DNA of 64,000 nucleotides, from positions 34,844,001 through 34,908,000 of the forward strand of contig OZ024742.1 of NCBI GenBank assembly GCA_964016885.1. Direction: 5' to 3'. Position numbers and translations under genes: made by a program. The notes under the pieces were generated by a model. It did not search any database. It saw only the letters and a list, made by a program, of their open reading frames with translations, and was not told where the DNA came from. Every line of letters begins with the position of its first letter. The first letter of the stretch is position 1. The stretch is from Eledone cirrhosa (Eukaryota). Positions 14,210 through 26,682 of this stretch are shown here, in pieces.

Positions 14210-14406
14210 CAATGTTCCCAGCTCTGCAGTCACTATGCTTCCTTGCAAATGGTTTCCTGACTAGAAAGGGACATTACAAACTGCAACTATGGCAAATGGC
14301 AACCCAGCAGAACAGAGCCACATTTATCGATAGTTACTACTGTTAAAGCTGATATAATCTGGCAGAGACTTATCAGCCAAATCTCTATTGTTTCTGATGA
14401 AGACAG
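14210..14406 (+). CDS. FANCF: FANCF-like exon (phase 0-2) with an in-frame TGA at 14258-14260: QCSQLCSHYASLQMVS*LERDITNCNYGKWQPSRTEPHLSIVTTVKADIIWQRLISQISIVSDED(R)
   Basis: Long T-rich tract plus TACAG acceptor and AG|GTTTGT donor; phases match both neighbouring exons. TVKADIIWQRL resembles human KTQAELLLERL. Confidence 0.7.
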
Positions 14407-15225
14407 GTTTGTCATCAATTTACTAATCTTGCTCCTTCCTTTATATCAGATAAGTAGACCATTTATTTATTTAGTAGCATAGCTGTGATGGATGCCCCAT
14501 CAATTTTTATGATGAGTATTCAGTTGTTCAATTATTTCTGTTTTCAAATTTCTTATAAATTAACAATTGTCATCTATTTTGTGAAAAATAAAAGGAAGTA
14601 AATTGACCTCCACCGATTTCAACATTAGGTGTTCCAATGGACCAGCCTGCTTGTTAAATTAACATGTAAGTGACTGAGTATTTTACAGAGACGTGAGCTG
14701 AATCAACATGACAAGGCTAGACCATAAGATTACAAGTACAATCCATCTGATAAACTTCCACACAGTTTTTGTTTACCAATTTCTCTCAGAAGGCTTGAGC
14801 CGACCCCAGAACTGGTGAAAGTCATTTGCCCAAGATGACATGCTGTAAAATCAAAGCTTGACTCCCTTCACTATGGAAGAAAACATAGTCACAAATGAAT
14901 TAACAAAAGTGTCTCTACATGTGCCTGCTATAAATAGCTGCTAAATACTCCTCAAATATCATGTCCTCTGTGATATTAGATAATTTAATAAATACATATA
15001 ATAAATACATATTATGGGATGGTCATGGCTGGAATGTCTTTTATCATAGGTCTGCTCAACTGGGGCTAATCACCAAAAACCTACTCGGTAATGGTCATAG
15101 TCTAATTTTTCTTTTTTATATATATTTCACAAAACTTTAAAACCTTTAAGAAGAGATTATATTCTCTGAGCACCTCTCCATAATGAAATGCTGGCAGAGA
15201 AATTTCAAATATATTTGTTAATGAT

Positions 15226-15440
15226 GGCAGCAGATTGGCAGAATCAATAGAGTGTCGAACAACATGCTTCGCAGCATAGAGTTATGGCCCTTTCGATTCT
15301 GAGTTTAAATCCCGCCAAGGTTAACTTTGCCTTTCATCCTTATGGGGTCGATAAAATAAAGCACCAGTAATCTACTGGGGTCAATTCAATCAACTTTTCC
15401 CTTCCCCAAAATTGCTGGCCTTGTGCCTAAATCTGAAATC
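15226..15440 (+). mobile_element. tRNA-derived SINE, family A (older copies at ~12742-12870 +, ~18523-18670 -, ~20575-20690 -, ~28726-28875 +)
   Basis: Shared B-box and TTTGCCTTTCATCCT core. Confidence 0.8.
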
Positions 15441-15865
15441 ATTATAAGATAACATTGTGAAGTTAGACAAAAAAAATAATATTTAAATGAAACAAAAAAG
15501 GAAAAGGAAAGAACAAAAATAAAATAGAGAATGAAGGAAAGGAAGAGGGGGAGAGAGGGACAAAATCTACACCCCAGTCTGAGTGGTGATTCAGCTGTGC
15601 ACTGCGAACAGAATAGCAAAGTCGTGGCCATGGAGGGTAGCCAATGAGACCCACTGTGACAGCCACTCAGCCACAAAGAGCTGCTTCCTCAGGTAGGCTG
15701 CTGTCTTTCCAATTTTGCAGAAGAAATCAGCAGTGCAGGGATGAAGGACACCAAGGGTCTTGACGGCAACTGGTATGAAAAGGAAGTGGTCAGGCAAGCC
15801 CCAGTATTTCTTTTGTCTAGAATTAAACAAGAGCAAAAGCTAATAAAATGTTAAAGCATTTTATA

Positions 15866-16462
15866 TCTATATATATAAAACTGAGGATGTCTGTCTGTGT
15901 GTGTGTGAGTTTGAATCCCTAAAATTCGAGAAGCACCCAACCTACTGTTTTCAAACTTTACACATGTAATACTTATGTTTCAGGGAGTGTTCTGAGCAAA
16001 AAAAATTTCAAATTTTCAATGTCCTAGGGACCGCATTAGGCGATTTAGCGATCTCTCTCTATAATTCTTAGTCTTTCTCTTTTTAGATAGATACATACAT
16101 ATAACGTCGCGCCCTTATAATATCTGTCTGTATGTCTGGCTGTCTGCATTACGTCACTTCCCACAATTCCCTCTGCGTCCAGAACGCGCCCTTATAATAT
16201 CTGTCTGCATTATGTCAGTTACGGCCCACTGCCTCCGGTTATTATGCCACCCTTGCTCAAGACAAATCTCACACTCATTCCCCAAACAGTTGGTAAGTGC
16301 ACATAACTTCTTCCTCATGTTTTAAGCCACAGTGTTTCTTACTTACGTACCACCAGACCCTTACTTCTTTGTCAGCCGTGGTTGTCACAATACTAAGCTT
16401 AGTTAAGGCGGTTATATATTTCACAATGCCTTATCCCATGCAACACCGGGTTCCACTGCTAG
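15866..16462 (+). mobile_element. Non-autonomous Helitron
   Basis: Begins A|TCTATATATATAAAA and ends CCCATGCAACACCGGG...GCTAG|T (subterminal hairpin plus CTAG). Inserted at AT with no TSD; has an internal direct repeat. Confidence 0.7.
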
Positions 16463-16865
16463 TATTATGTAAATATGAAGTTTGAAAGCCATGACAATGT
16501 GAAATGTATGAACAAGAAAACAAGACAAACGAAGATGTTATGTGTTACCTTATTTATTTATCTGTCCTGATATTTTGAGATAAGATCTCTTCTTCGAAGG
16601 TATATAACAAGGGACATGCATGACTTAGCATGTTTATTGATTCCGGACCTGTCCCTTGATGTTTCACTCTGAAGAAGAGATTTTATCTCGAAATATCAGG
16701 ACAGATAAATAAATAAGGTCTAACCCATATAGCATGGAAGATTGACATTAAACGATGACGATGATGATGATGATGAAGGTGACCCATAGCATCTTGTTTC
16801 GTCCTATTTTCTTATTCATCCATCTCACATTGTCGTGGCCTTCAAATGTCATATTTATATACCAT
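16463..16865. repeat. Imperfect inverted repeat with a hammerhead-like motif in each arm; the right arm is interrupted by a SINE-B tail at ~16719-16776
   Basis: CCTTATTTATTTATCTGTCCTGATATT pairs with AATATCAGGACAGATAAATAAATAAGG; the outer arms also pair. Confidence 0.8.
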
Positions 16866-16931
16866 ACACAATGCTTCAAGCAAACTACAACTTCCTCCTA
16901 TTTTATATATTATTTTATTTCTTTCAAAAAG

Positions 16932-16989
16932 GTTAAACCAGTTGGTGACAAGAACAATTTCTAATTTACCTACTTCTAAACATGGCTGG
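16932..16989 (+). CDS. FANCF: FANCF-like small exon (phase 2-0): (R)LNQLVTRTISNLPTSKHGW
   Basis: T-rich tract plus AAAAG acceptor and TGG|GTAAGT donor; 58 nt, exactly bridging the phase-2 donor at 14406 to the phase-0 acceptor at 17744. Confidence 0.7.
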
Positions 16990-17139
16990 GTAAGTTAATC
17001 TTTATATATACGCACACACATATATATATGTATACACACACACACATGACTTGACTTTACTCACTATATGTTTCAGCATGTAGTGTTTGTGTTTCAAATT
17101 GTTGTGTATCTTTCTGATTGTTGCATGAATATATATATG

Positions 17140-17708
17140 TGGTTTATTTAGTGGTTAGGGTGATAGGGTTGCAATTGTAATATCATGAGATCTATTCCTG
17201 GCTGGGCATTGTGCCCTTGAGCAAGACATTATGTTCCACCTAAATCCCTAGCTCACACTGTAAAGTGGTGGTGATGTCGAAATGATAAAAAGCACCCAGT
17301 CCATACTGTAAAGTGGTTGTGTAGGTGACACATAAAAAGCGCCCAGCCCACACTGTTAAGTGGTTGTTTTGGTGTCACAACAAAATGTGCCCAGCCCACA
17401 CTGTAAAGTGGTCATGTAGGTGACATTACAAAAAGCGCCCAGCCCACACTGTAAAGTGGTCATGTAGGTAACATAATACAAAGTGCCTAGCCCACATTGT
17501 AAAGTGGTTGTGTAGGTGTCTCGACAAAAAGTACCCAGTGCATACTGTAAATGTGGTTGGCGTTAGGAAGGGCATCCAGCTGTAGAAATCTTACCAGAAA
17601 CAGTTCTGTATGAGCAAGGCATGGTCACCTGACTTAACTTGCCTCAAATGGGACAACTTGTTTCACCCATGCTAGCATGGAAAGTGGATGTTAAATGATG
17701 ATGATGAT
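17140..17708 (+). mobile_element. SINE family B with internal ~48-bp tandem repeats and a (GAT)n tail (relatives at ~10100-10460 -, 10652-10908, ~13730-14045 +, 20946-21290 -, ~29020-29400 -, ~36643-37040 -)
   Basis: tRNA-like head, 6-7 diverged copies of CACACTGTAAAGTGGTTG..., and the 3' end CCCATGCTAGCATGGAAAGTGGATGTTAAATGATGATG. Confidence 0.75.
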
Positions 17709-17743
17709 ATATATATATATAAATGTATGTATTTATCTTGCAG

Positions 17744-17871
17744 GAAATACTTCTTTATCTTTTAACAAAGAAAGATGTCAGCAGTGACATTCCCAAAGAT
17801 TGCTATTCCAAAATGTATCAATGTCTTGAAGAATTTGTTCAAAGTAACATCACAGCATCAAAACCTCCAAG
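17744..17871 (+). CDS. FANCF: FANCF-like exon (phase 0-2): EILLYLLTKKDVSSDIPKDCYSKMYQCLEEFVQSNITASKPP(S)
   Basis: TTGCAG acceptor and AAG|GTTAGT donor; 128 nt open. Confidence 0.75.
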
Positions 17872-18750
17872 GTTAGTTATTTAAGAATCTTTTAACCCTT
17901 TCATGACTGCATTTCTAATGAAAAACACTCTTTTTTATTAATTAATTAAGAATTTTAAGGGATTTACTAAAATTATAAATTATTTCATTAGTAATGTTAC
18001 GTTCTTAATTCTAGGTTCTTATATAAATTATGTCAGAAGATTTTAATTTAAATTGGTAATCTTTAAAATGGGTGGCTTTATTTCATAGAACCAGTGCTGG
18101 TTTTGGCTGGGTTGGTAACTAAAGGTTTAAACCATCCTTCCTTCTTATTTTTTCTCATCTCATGAACTCAATTTAAACTCTTCTTCTCTTAGTATTAAGT
18201 GCAAACCAACATTCAAGCCTGTATGTGATCCCTTAATAAGCTCGAAATAACAGTGAAATCGCCCTCAAATCATACTTGCCATCTTGAAAGTGGAAGGACA
18301 CTGAATAATATAGTTCCTGAAATTGCACCTTACTGTCTGAAAAGGATAAAGACACATTATATAATGTGTCTCTGGGTGTACAATCCCTGTAAACAATACA
18401 GAATGGTCACAGTTGGAATACTTTTGATCATAGGTCTGTTTCTCTACTGCACTCCGGCTAAACAACACTTCTTTTGTACTTAAACACAATAACAGTGTAA
18501 TCAATGTCTGGTTCTATAATATTGATTTCTATTTTAGACACAAAGTTAGCAAATTTGGATGAGGGGCAAAGTTGATTAAATCAATCCCAGTAATCTTTAT
18601 TTTATTGACCCCAGAAGGGTGAAAGGCAAAGTTGACCTCAGCAGGATTTGAACTCAGAATGTAGAAAGGGTTTTGTTTAATATTAAAAAATCTTTATATA
18701 ACTTTATATAAAAGTGTGTGAATGTGAATGTATGTATGCATGTGTGTGTG

Positions 18751-19910
18751 TATTGGGTTGGCCAAAAAGTCTGTTCAGTTTTTGCCAATACTAAACTTCA
18801 AGCATTTTAATAGTTGCTAACTTCACTTTTTTTCCTTCCGAGTATGCACTCATTAGATACTTGATACTTTAAAGTAGTTCATAGCGAAACTCCTATGATA
18901 TTGGTTTCATTTTGCGTGTTTATCTTGACCTTCAAAATGGAGAAGCAAAATGAACATTATCAATACATCATACTTTTTTTATTTCAAAAAATGTAAGAAA
19001 GCAACAGAAACTTTCAGAAACATATGCACTATGTATGGAGAGGATGCTGTTACAGAACGTGCATGCTAGAAGTGGTTTTCAAAATTTCGATCAGGAAATT
19101 TTTCAATTCAAGATACACCTTTCTCTGGATGACCAAGTGAAAGAGTTAGTCGACACCAACTCCCGTCTTTCAACCAGAGAGATCAAAGATATTCTCCAGA
19201 TATCCAAATCACGTGTTGAAAACCATCTGCATAAACTTGGTTATGTCAGCAGACTTCATGTTTGGGTTCCCCATAAATTGAATGAAGCCAACCTCACCCA
19301 ACGAATTTCCATCTGTGATTCCTTGCTTAAACATGAAGGAAATGGCAACTGGAGACGAAAAATGGATCATCTATAACAATATTGAGCGAAAATGATCATG
19401 AGTTAATCCCCAAGAACCACCGCAATCAACCTCCAAAGCAGGACCTCATTCAAAGAAGATTATGCTTCTAATTTGGTGAGGTTGGAAGGATGTTGTCTTT
19501 TATGAGCTTCTTTCCCAAACAGCACCATCAATTCGGATGTGTACTGTGAAAAGCTGGATAAATTAAACACAACATCCAGAAGTTGCTAATCAAAAGGGTA
19601 TTGTCTTTCATCAAAACAATGCCAGACTACAAACTTCCTTGCAGACATGGCAGAAGTTACTAGAGCTTGACTGGGAAGTTTTGCCTCACCCTCCATATTC
19701 CCCTAACTTTGCTCCTTCAGATTTCCTCCTCTTTCGGTCACTTCAAAATTCTTTGAATGGACAGACTTTCAATTCTTCAGGAGATGTGAAAATTCATTTG
19801 GAAGGGTTCTTTGCCAGTAAAGACAGGAAATTCTTTGAACAGGGAATAATGGATCTAGCTAGAAGATGACAGAAGGTACTGGAATGAAATGGCAAATATA
19901 TCATTGATTG
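18751..19910 (+). mobile_element. Degenerate mariner (Tc1/mariner) DNA transposon; transposase pseudogene from ATG 18937
   Basis: 5' end TA-TTGGGTTGGCCAAAAAGT resembles mariner TIRs. Frameshifted motifs include YGEDAVTER, WVPHKL, TGDEKWI and LPHPPYSPNFAPSDF. Multiple stops; no 3' TIR seen. Confidence 0.92.
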
Positions 19911-20237
19911 AATAATTTGCTTTGGGTTTAAAACTGCTCATTAAGTATTTTAGTAATCAGTGCTCAATACATATGATTTATGTATGAGTTACTGCTGTAC
20001 ACATATACCTGTAGTGTATATGATATACTTACAGGTAGCAGAACAGAGTAAAAGAAATAAAATGAGAGAAATACCACCCCCACTACCAACCCCCACTTAA
20101 AAAAGTAGGCCTTCCTGACCCCTTCCCTGTTCTGGTACATTTGTTAGTATATGTATAATGTATACAAAATATAAGAAATGCATTTGTTCCATAAGGATAG
20201 ACAGGATTATCTAGAATTTTTATTGTTTCTTTTATAG

Positions 20238-20396
20238 CCTCATATGGTCCGTGCCAAAAAATTTGCTTATACAGGTGATAGTCATCTCTTTTCCTGTGTT
20301 TTCCACCTGTTTACGACACCTTATTAACTGGGCAGAACAATATTCACCTCTCTATCACCAACGACAACACACATACAATTCATTCTACACTTGGCA
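20238..20396 (+). CDS. FANCF: FANCF-like exon (phase 2-2): LIWSVPKNLLIQVIVISFPVFSTCLRHLINWAEQYSPLYHQRQHTYNSFYTW(Q)
   Basis: TTTATAG acceptor and CA|GTAAGT donor; 159 nt. VPKNLL...HLINWA resembles human LPAGLL...LLTDWG. Confidence 0.8.
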
Positions 20397-21089
20397 GTAA
20401 GTTCTTTTATTTATTCATTTAATGTCCTGTATTTGGTGGACAATAGCATCATTAGTTACTGGTTTGAGAATTATAGCAAGCACCAGATTAAGTCTACTAC
20501 CCAACAATTCCGAACAAGTATCTCAAGGTATATTTTCCGAAAACTAACAATTTAGCTAATCCACTGCTTGGGCTGGTATTTTATTTTAACTGACCTGGAA
20601 GGATGAAAGGCAAAGTTGACCACAGCTGGATTTGAACTCAGGCAAAGACTGCATTTTGTTGTATGCTCTAACAACTCTAACAACTCGCTGCACATAAAAA
20701 AATGGAACAAACTCGTATACGGGAGTCAAACCACTTATCTACCATATACAACTGAAGAATCCTCTCAGCCCTTTTTTTTTTACATGATATTGGCTAAAAA
20801 TCTATAGGTATATTCTGTAGTACATACAATACAACATTGAAACAAAAAACTATTCACGCACCAATAAACTACTCCCAGTTTAGAATGTTTGTGCATGTAC
20901 TAGCAGCAGCAGCATTGTCCTTAAATATGTGGCTCCTACTTGATCATTATCATCATCATCATCATCACTGTTTAACATCCATTTTTCCGTGCCAGCATGG
21001 GTTAGACGAGTTTTCCCTTTGTGAGACAAGCCAGATCAGATGACGGTGTCTTGTTTTCTATGGCTGGATGCCCTTCCTTAAACCAGCCA

Positions 21090-24000
21090 CATTTACACAT
21101 TTACAGTGTGTATTGGATGCTTTTTATCGTGGCTCCAAAACGACCACTTTACAGTGTGGGTTAGGTACTTTTTGTCGTGACACCTACACAACCACTTTAC
21201 AGCATGGGTTAGGTACTTTTTGTTGTGGCACCTACACAACCACTTTACAGTGTGGATTGGGCACTTTTTGTCATGTCACCAACAGGAGCACTTTACAGTG
21301 TGGACTGCGCGCTTTTTGTCATGTCACCAAAACAACCACTTTACAGTGTGGACTGTGTGCTTTTTGTCATGTCACCAAAACAACCACTTTACAGTGTGGA
21401 CTGCATGCTTTTTGTCATGTCACCAAAACAACCACTTTACAGTGTGGACTGTGTGCTTTTTGTCATGTCACCAAAACAACCACTTTACAGTGTGGACTGC
21501 ATGCTTTTTGTCATGTCACCAAAACAACCACTTTACAGTGTGGACTGTGTGCTTTTTGTCATGTCACCAAAACAACCACTTTACAGTGTGGACTGCATGC
21601 TTTTTGTCATGTCACCAAAACAACCACTTTACAGTGTGGACTGCATGCTTTTTGTCATGTCACCAAAACAACCACTTTACAGTGTGGACTGCATGCTTTT
21701 TGTCATGTCACCAAAACAACCACTTTACAGTGTGGACTGTGTGCTTTTTGTCATGTCACCAAAACAACCACTTTACAGTGTGGACTGCATGCTTTTTGTC
21801 ATGTCACCAAAACAACCACTTTACAGTGTGGACTGCATGCTTTTTGTCATGTCACCAAAACAACCACTTTACAGTGTGGACTGTGTGCTTTTTGTCATGT
21901 CACCAAAACAACCACTTTACAGTGTGGACTGCATGCTTTTTGTCATGTCACCAAAACAACCACTTTACAGTGTGGACTGCATGCTTTTTGTCATGTCACC
22001 AAAACAACCACTTTACAGTGTGGACTGTGTGCTTTTTGTCATGTCACCAAAACAACCACTTTACAGTGTGGACTGCATGCTTTTTGTCATGTCACCAAAA
22101 CAACCACTTTACAGTGTGGACTGTGTGCTTTTTGTCATGTCACCAAAACAACCACTTTACAGTGTGGACTGCATGCTTTTTGTCATGTCACCAAAACAAC
22201 CACTTTACAGTGTGGACTGCATGCTTTTTGTCATGTCACCAAAACAACCACTTTACAGTGTGGACTGTGTGCTTTTTGTCATGTCACCAAAACAACCACT
22301 TTACAGTGTGGACTGCATGCTTTTTGTCATGTCACCAAAACAACCACTTTACAGTGTGGACTGCATGCTTTTTGTCATGTCACCAAAACAACCACTTTAC
22401 AGTGTGGACTGCATGCTTTTTGTCATGTCACCAAAACAACCACTTTACAGTGTGGACTGTGTGCTTTTTGTCATGTCACCAAAACAACCACTTTACAGTG
22501 TGGACTGCATGCTTTTTGTCATGTCACCAAAACAACCACTTTACAGTGTGGACTGCATGCTTTTTGTCATGTCACCAAAACAACCACTTTACAGTGTGGA
22601 CTGCATGCTTTTTGTCATGTCACCAAAACAACCACTTTACAGTGTGGACTGTGTGCTTTTTGTCATGTCACCAAAACAACCACTTTACAGTGTGGACTGC
22701 ATGCTTTTTGTCATGTCACCAAAACAACCACTTTACAGTGTGGACTGCATGCTTTTTGTCATGTCACCAAAACAACCACTTTACAGTGTGGACTGTGTGC
22801 TTTTTGTCATGTCACCAAAACAACCACTTTACAGTGTGGACTGCGTGCTTTTTGTCATGTCACCAAAACAACCACTTTACAGTGTGGACTGTGTGCTTTT
22901 TGTCATGTCACCAAAACAACCACTTTACAGTGTGGACTGCGTGCTTTTTGTCATGTCACCAAAACAACCACTTTACAGTGTGGACTGTGTGCTTTTTGTC
23001 ATGTCACCAAAACAACCACTTTACAGTGTGGACTGCATGCTTTTTGTCATGTCACCAAAACAACCACTTTACAGTGTGGACTGTGTGCTTTTTGTCATGT
23101 CACCAAAACAACCACTTTACAGTGTGGACTGCATGCTTTTTGTCATGTCACCAAAACAACCACTTTACAGTGTGGACTGCGTGCTTTTTGTCATGTCACC
23201 AAAACAACCACTTTACAGTGTGGACTGCGTGCTTTTTGTCATGTCACCAAAACAACCACTTTACAGTGTGGACTGTGTGCTTTTTGTCATGTCACCAAAA
23301 CAACCACTTTACAGTGTGGACTGCATGCTTTTTGTCATGTCACCAAAACAACCACTTTACAGTGTGGACTGTGTGCTTTTTGTCATGTCACCAAAACAAC
23401 CACTTTACAGTGTGGACTGCATGCTTTTTGTCATGTCACCAAAACAACCACTTTACAGTGTGGACTGCATGCTTTTTGTCATGTCACCAAAACAACCACT
23501 TTACAGTGTGGACTGCATGCTTTTTGTCATGTCACCAAAACAACCACTTTACAGTGTGGACTGTGTGCTTTTTGTCATGTCACCAAAACAACCACTTTAC
23601 AGTGTGGACTGTGTGCTTTTTGTCATGTCACCAAAACAACCACTTTACAGTGTGGACTGCGTGCTTTTTGTCATGTCACCAAAACAACCACTTTACAGTG
23701 TGGACTGTGTGCTTTTTGTCATGTCACCAAAACAACCACTTTACAGTGTGGACTGCATGCTTTTTGTCATGTCACCAAAACAACCACTTTACAGTGTGGA
23801 CTGCATGCTTTTTGTCATGTCACCAAAACAACCACTTTACAGTGTGGACTGCGTGCTTTTTGTCATGTCACCAAAACAACCACTTTACAGTGTGGACTGC
23901 ATGCTTTTTGTCATGTCACCAAAACAACCACATTACAGTGTGGACTGCATGCTTTTTGTCATGTCACCAAAACAACCACTTTACAGTGTGGACTGCATGC

Positions 24001-26682
24001 TTTTTGTCATGTCACCAAAACAACCACTTTACAGTGTGGACTGCGTGCTTTTTGTCATGTCACCAAAACAACCACTTTACAGTGTGGACTGCATGCTTTT
24101 TGTCATGTCACCAAAACAACCACTTTACAGTGTGGACTGCGTGCTTTTTGTCATGTCACCAAAACAACCACTTTACAGTGTGGACTGCATGCTTTTTGTC
24201 ATGTCACCAAAACAACCACTTTACAGTGTGGACTGCGTGCTTTTTGTCATGTCACCAAAACAACCACTTTACAGTGTGGACTGCATGCTTTTTGTCATGT
24301 CACCAAAACAACCACTTTACAGTGTGGACTGCGTGCTTTTTGTCATGTCACCAAAACAACCACTTTACAGTGTGGACTGCATGCTTTTTGTCATGTCACC
24401 AAAACAACCACTTTACAGTGTGGACTGCATGCTTTTTGTCATGTCACCAAAACAACCACTTTACAGTGTGGACTGCATGCTTTTTGTCATGTCACCAAAA
24501 CAACCACTTTACAGTGTGGACTGCGTGCTTTTTGTCATGTCACCAAAACAACCACTTTACAGTGTGGACTGCATGCTTTTTGTCATGTCACCAAAACAAC
24601 CACTTTACAGTGTGGACTGCGTGCTTTTTGTCATGTCACCAAAACAACCACTTTACAGTGTGGACTGCATGCTTTTTGTCATGTCACCAAAACAACCACT
24701 TTACAGTGTGGACTGCGTGCTTTTTGTCATGTCACCAAAACAACCACTTTACAGTGTGGACTGCATGCTTTTTGTCATGTCACCAAAACAACCACTTTAC
24801 AGTGTGGACTGTGTGCTTTTTGTCATGTCACCAAAACAACCACTTTACAGTGTGGACTGCGTGCTTTTTGTCATGTCACCAAAACAACCACTTTACAGTG
24901 TGGACTGTGTGCTTTTTGTCATGTCACCAAAACAACCACTTTACAGTGTGGACTGTGTGCTTTTTGTCATGTCACCAAAACAACCACTTTACAGTGTGGA
25001 CTGCGTGCTTTTTGTCATGTCACCAAAACAACCACTTTACAGTGTGGACTGCGTGCTTTTTGTCATGTCACCAAAACAACCACTTTACAGTGTGGACTGC
25101 GTGCTTTTTGTCATGTCACCAAAACAACCACTTTACAGTGTGGACTGCGTGCTTTTTGTCATGTCACCAAAACAACCACTTTACAGTGTGGACTGCGTGC
25201 TTTTTGTCATGTCACCAAAACAACCACTTTACAGTGTGGACTGCATGCTTTTTGTCATGTCACCAAAACAACCACTTTACAGTGTGGACTGCGTGCTTTT
25301 TGTCATGTCACCAAAACAACCACTTTACAGTGTGGACTGCATGCTTTTTGTCATGTCACCAAAACAACCACTTTACAGTGTGGACTGCGTGCTTTTTGTC
25401 ATGTCACCAAAACAACCACTTTACAGTGTGGACTGCATGCTTTTTGTCATGTCACCAAAACAACCACTTTACAGTGTGGACTGCGTGCTTTTTGTCATGT
25501 CACCAAAACAACCACTTTACAGTGTGGACTGCATGCTTTTTGTCATGTCACCAAAACAACCACTTTACAGTGTGGACTGCGTGCTTTTTGTCATGTCACC
25601 AAAACAACCACTTTACAGTGTGGACTGCGTGCTTTTTGTCATGTCACCAAAACAACCACTTTACAGTGTGGACTGCGTGCTTTTTGTCATGTCACCAAAA
25701 CAACCACTTTACAGTGTGGACTGCGTGCTTTTTGTCATGTCACCAAAACAACCACTTTACAGTGTGGACTGCGTGCTTTTTGTCATGTCACCAAAACAAC
25801 CACTTTACAGTGTGGACTGCATGCTTTTTGTCATGTCACCAAAACAACCACTTTACAGTGTGGACTGCGTGCTTTTTGTCATGTCACCAAAACAACCACT
25901 TTACAGTGTGGACTGCATGCTTTTTGTCATGTCACCAAAACAACCACTTTACAGTGTGGACTGCGTGCTTTTTGTCATGTCACCAAAACAACCACTTTAC
26001 AGTGTGGACTGCATGCTTTTTGTCATGTCACCAAAACAACCACTTTACAGTGTGGACTGCGTGCTTTTTGTCATGTCACCAAAACAACCACTTTACAGTG
26101 TGGACTGCATGCTTTTTGTCATGTCACCAAAACAACCACTTTACAGTGTGGACTGCGTGCTTTTTGTCATGTCACCAAAACAACCACTTTACAGTGTGGA
26201 CTGCATGCTTTTTGTCATGTCACCAAAACAACCACTTTACAGTGTGGACTGCATGCTTTTTGTCATGTCACCAAAACAACCACTTTACAGTGTGGACTGC
26301 ATGCTTTTTGTCATGTCACCAAAACAACCACTTTACAGTGTGGACTGTGTGCTTTTTGTCATGTCACCAAAACAACCACTTTACAGTGTGGACTGCGTGC
26401 TTTTTGTCATGTCACCAAAACAACCACTTTACAGTGTGGACTGCATGCTTTTTGTCATGTCACCAAAACAACCACTTTACAGTGTGGACTGCATGCTTTT
26501 TGTCATGTCACCAAAACAACCACTTTACAGTGTGGACTGCGTGCTTTTTGTCATGTCACCAAAACAACCACTTTACAGTGTGGACTGCATGCTTTTTGTC
26601 ATGTCACCAAAACAACCACTTTACAGTGTGGACTGCGTGCTTTTTGTCATGTCACCAAAACAACCACTTTACAGTGTGGACT
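21090..26682 (+). repeat. 48-bp minisatellite (ACCACTTTACAGTGTGGACTG[CA/TG/CG]TGCTTTTTGTCATGTCACCAAAACA), about 112 homogeneous units plus about 5 diverged 5' units, in the last FANCF intron
   Basis: Exact 48-bp period from 21335 to 26663 with no indels. Diverged relatives of the unit occur inside SINE-like elements elsewhere in the window. Confidence 0.99.

Noticed and set aside
14447-14455. CAG|ATAAGT as a mutated, edited or AT-AC donor extending the UGA exon to 240 nt
   Set aside because: The canonical donor at 14406/14407 together with the 58-nt exon at 16932-16989 explains the phases without a non-canonical site.
21335-26682. CRISPR-like array
   Set aside because: No unique spacers, no cas genes, eukaryotic context.
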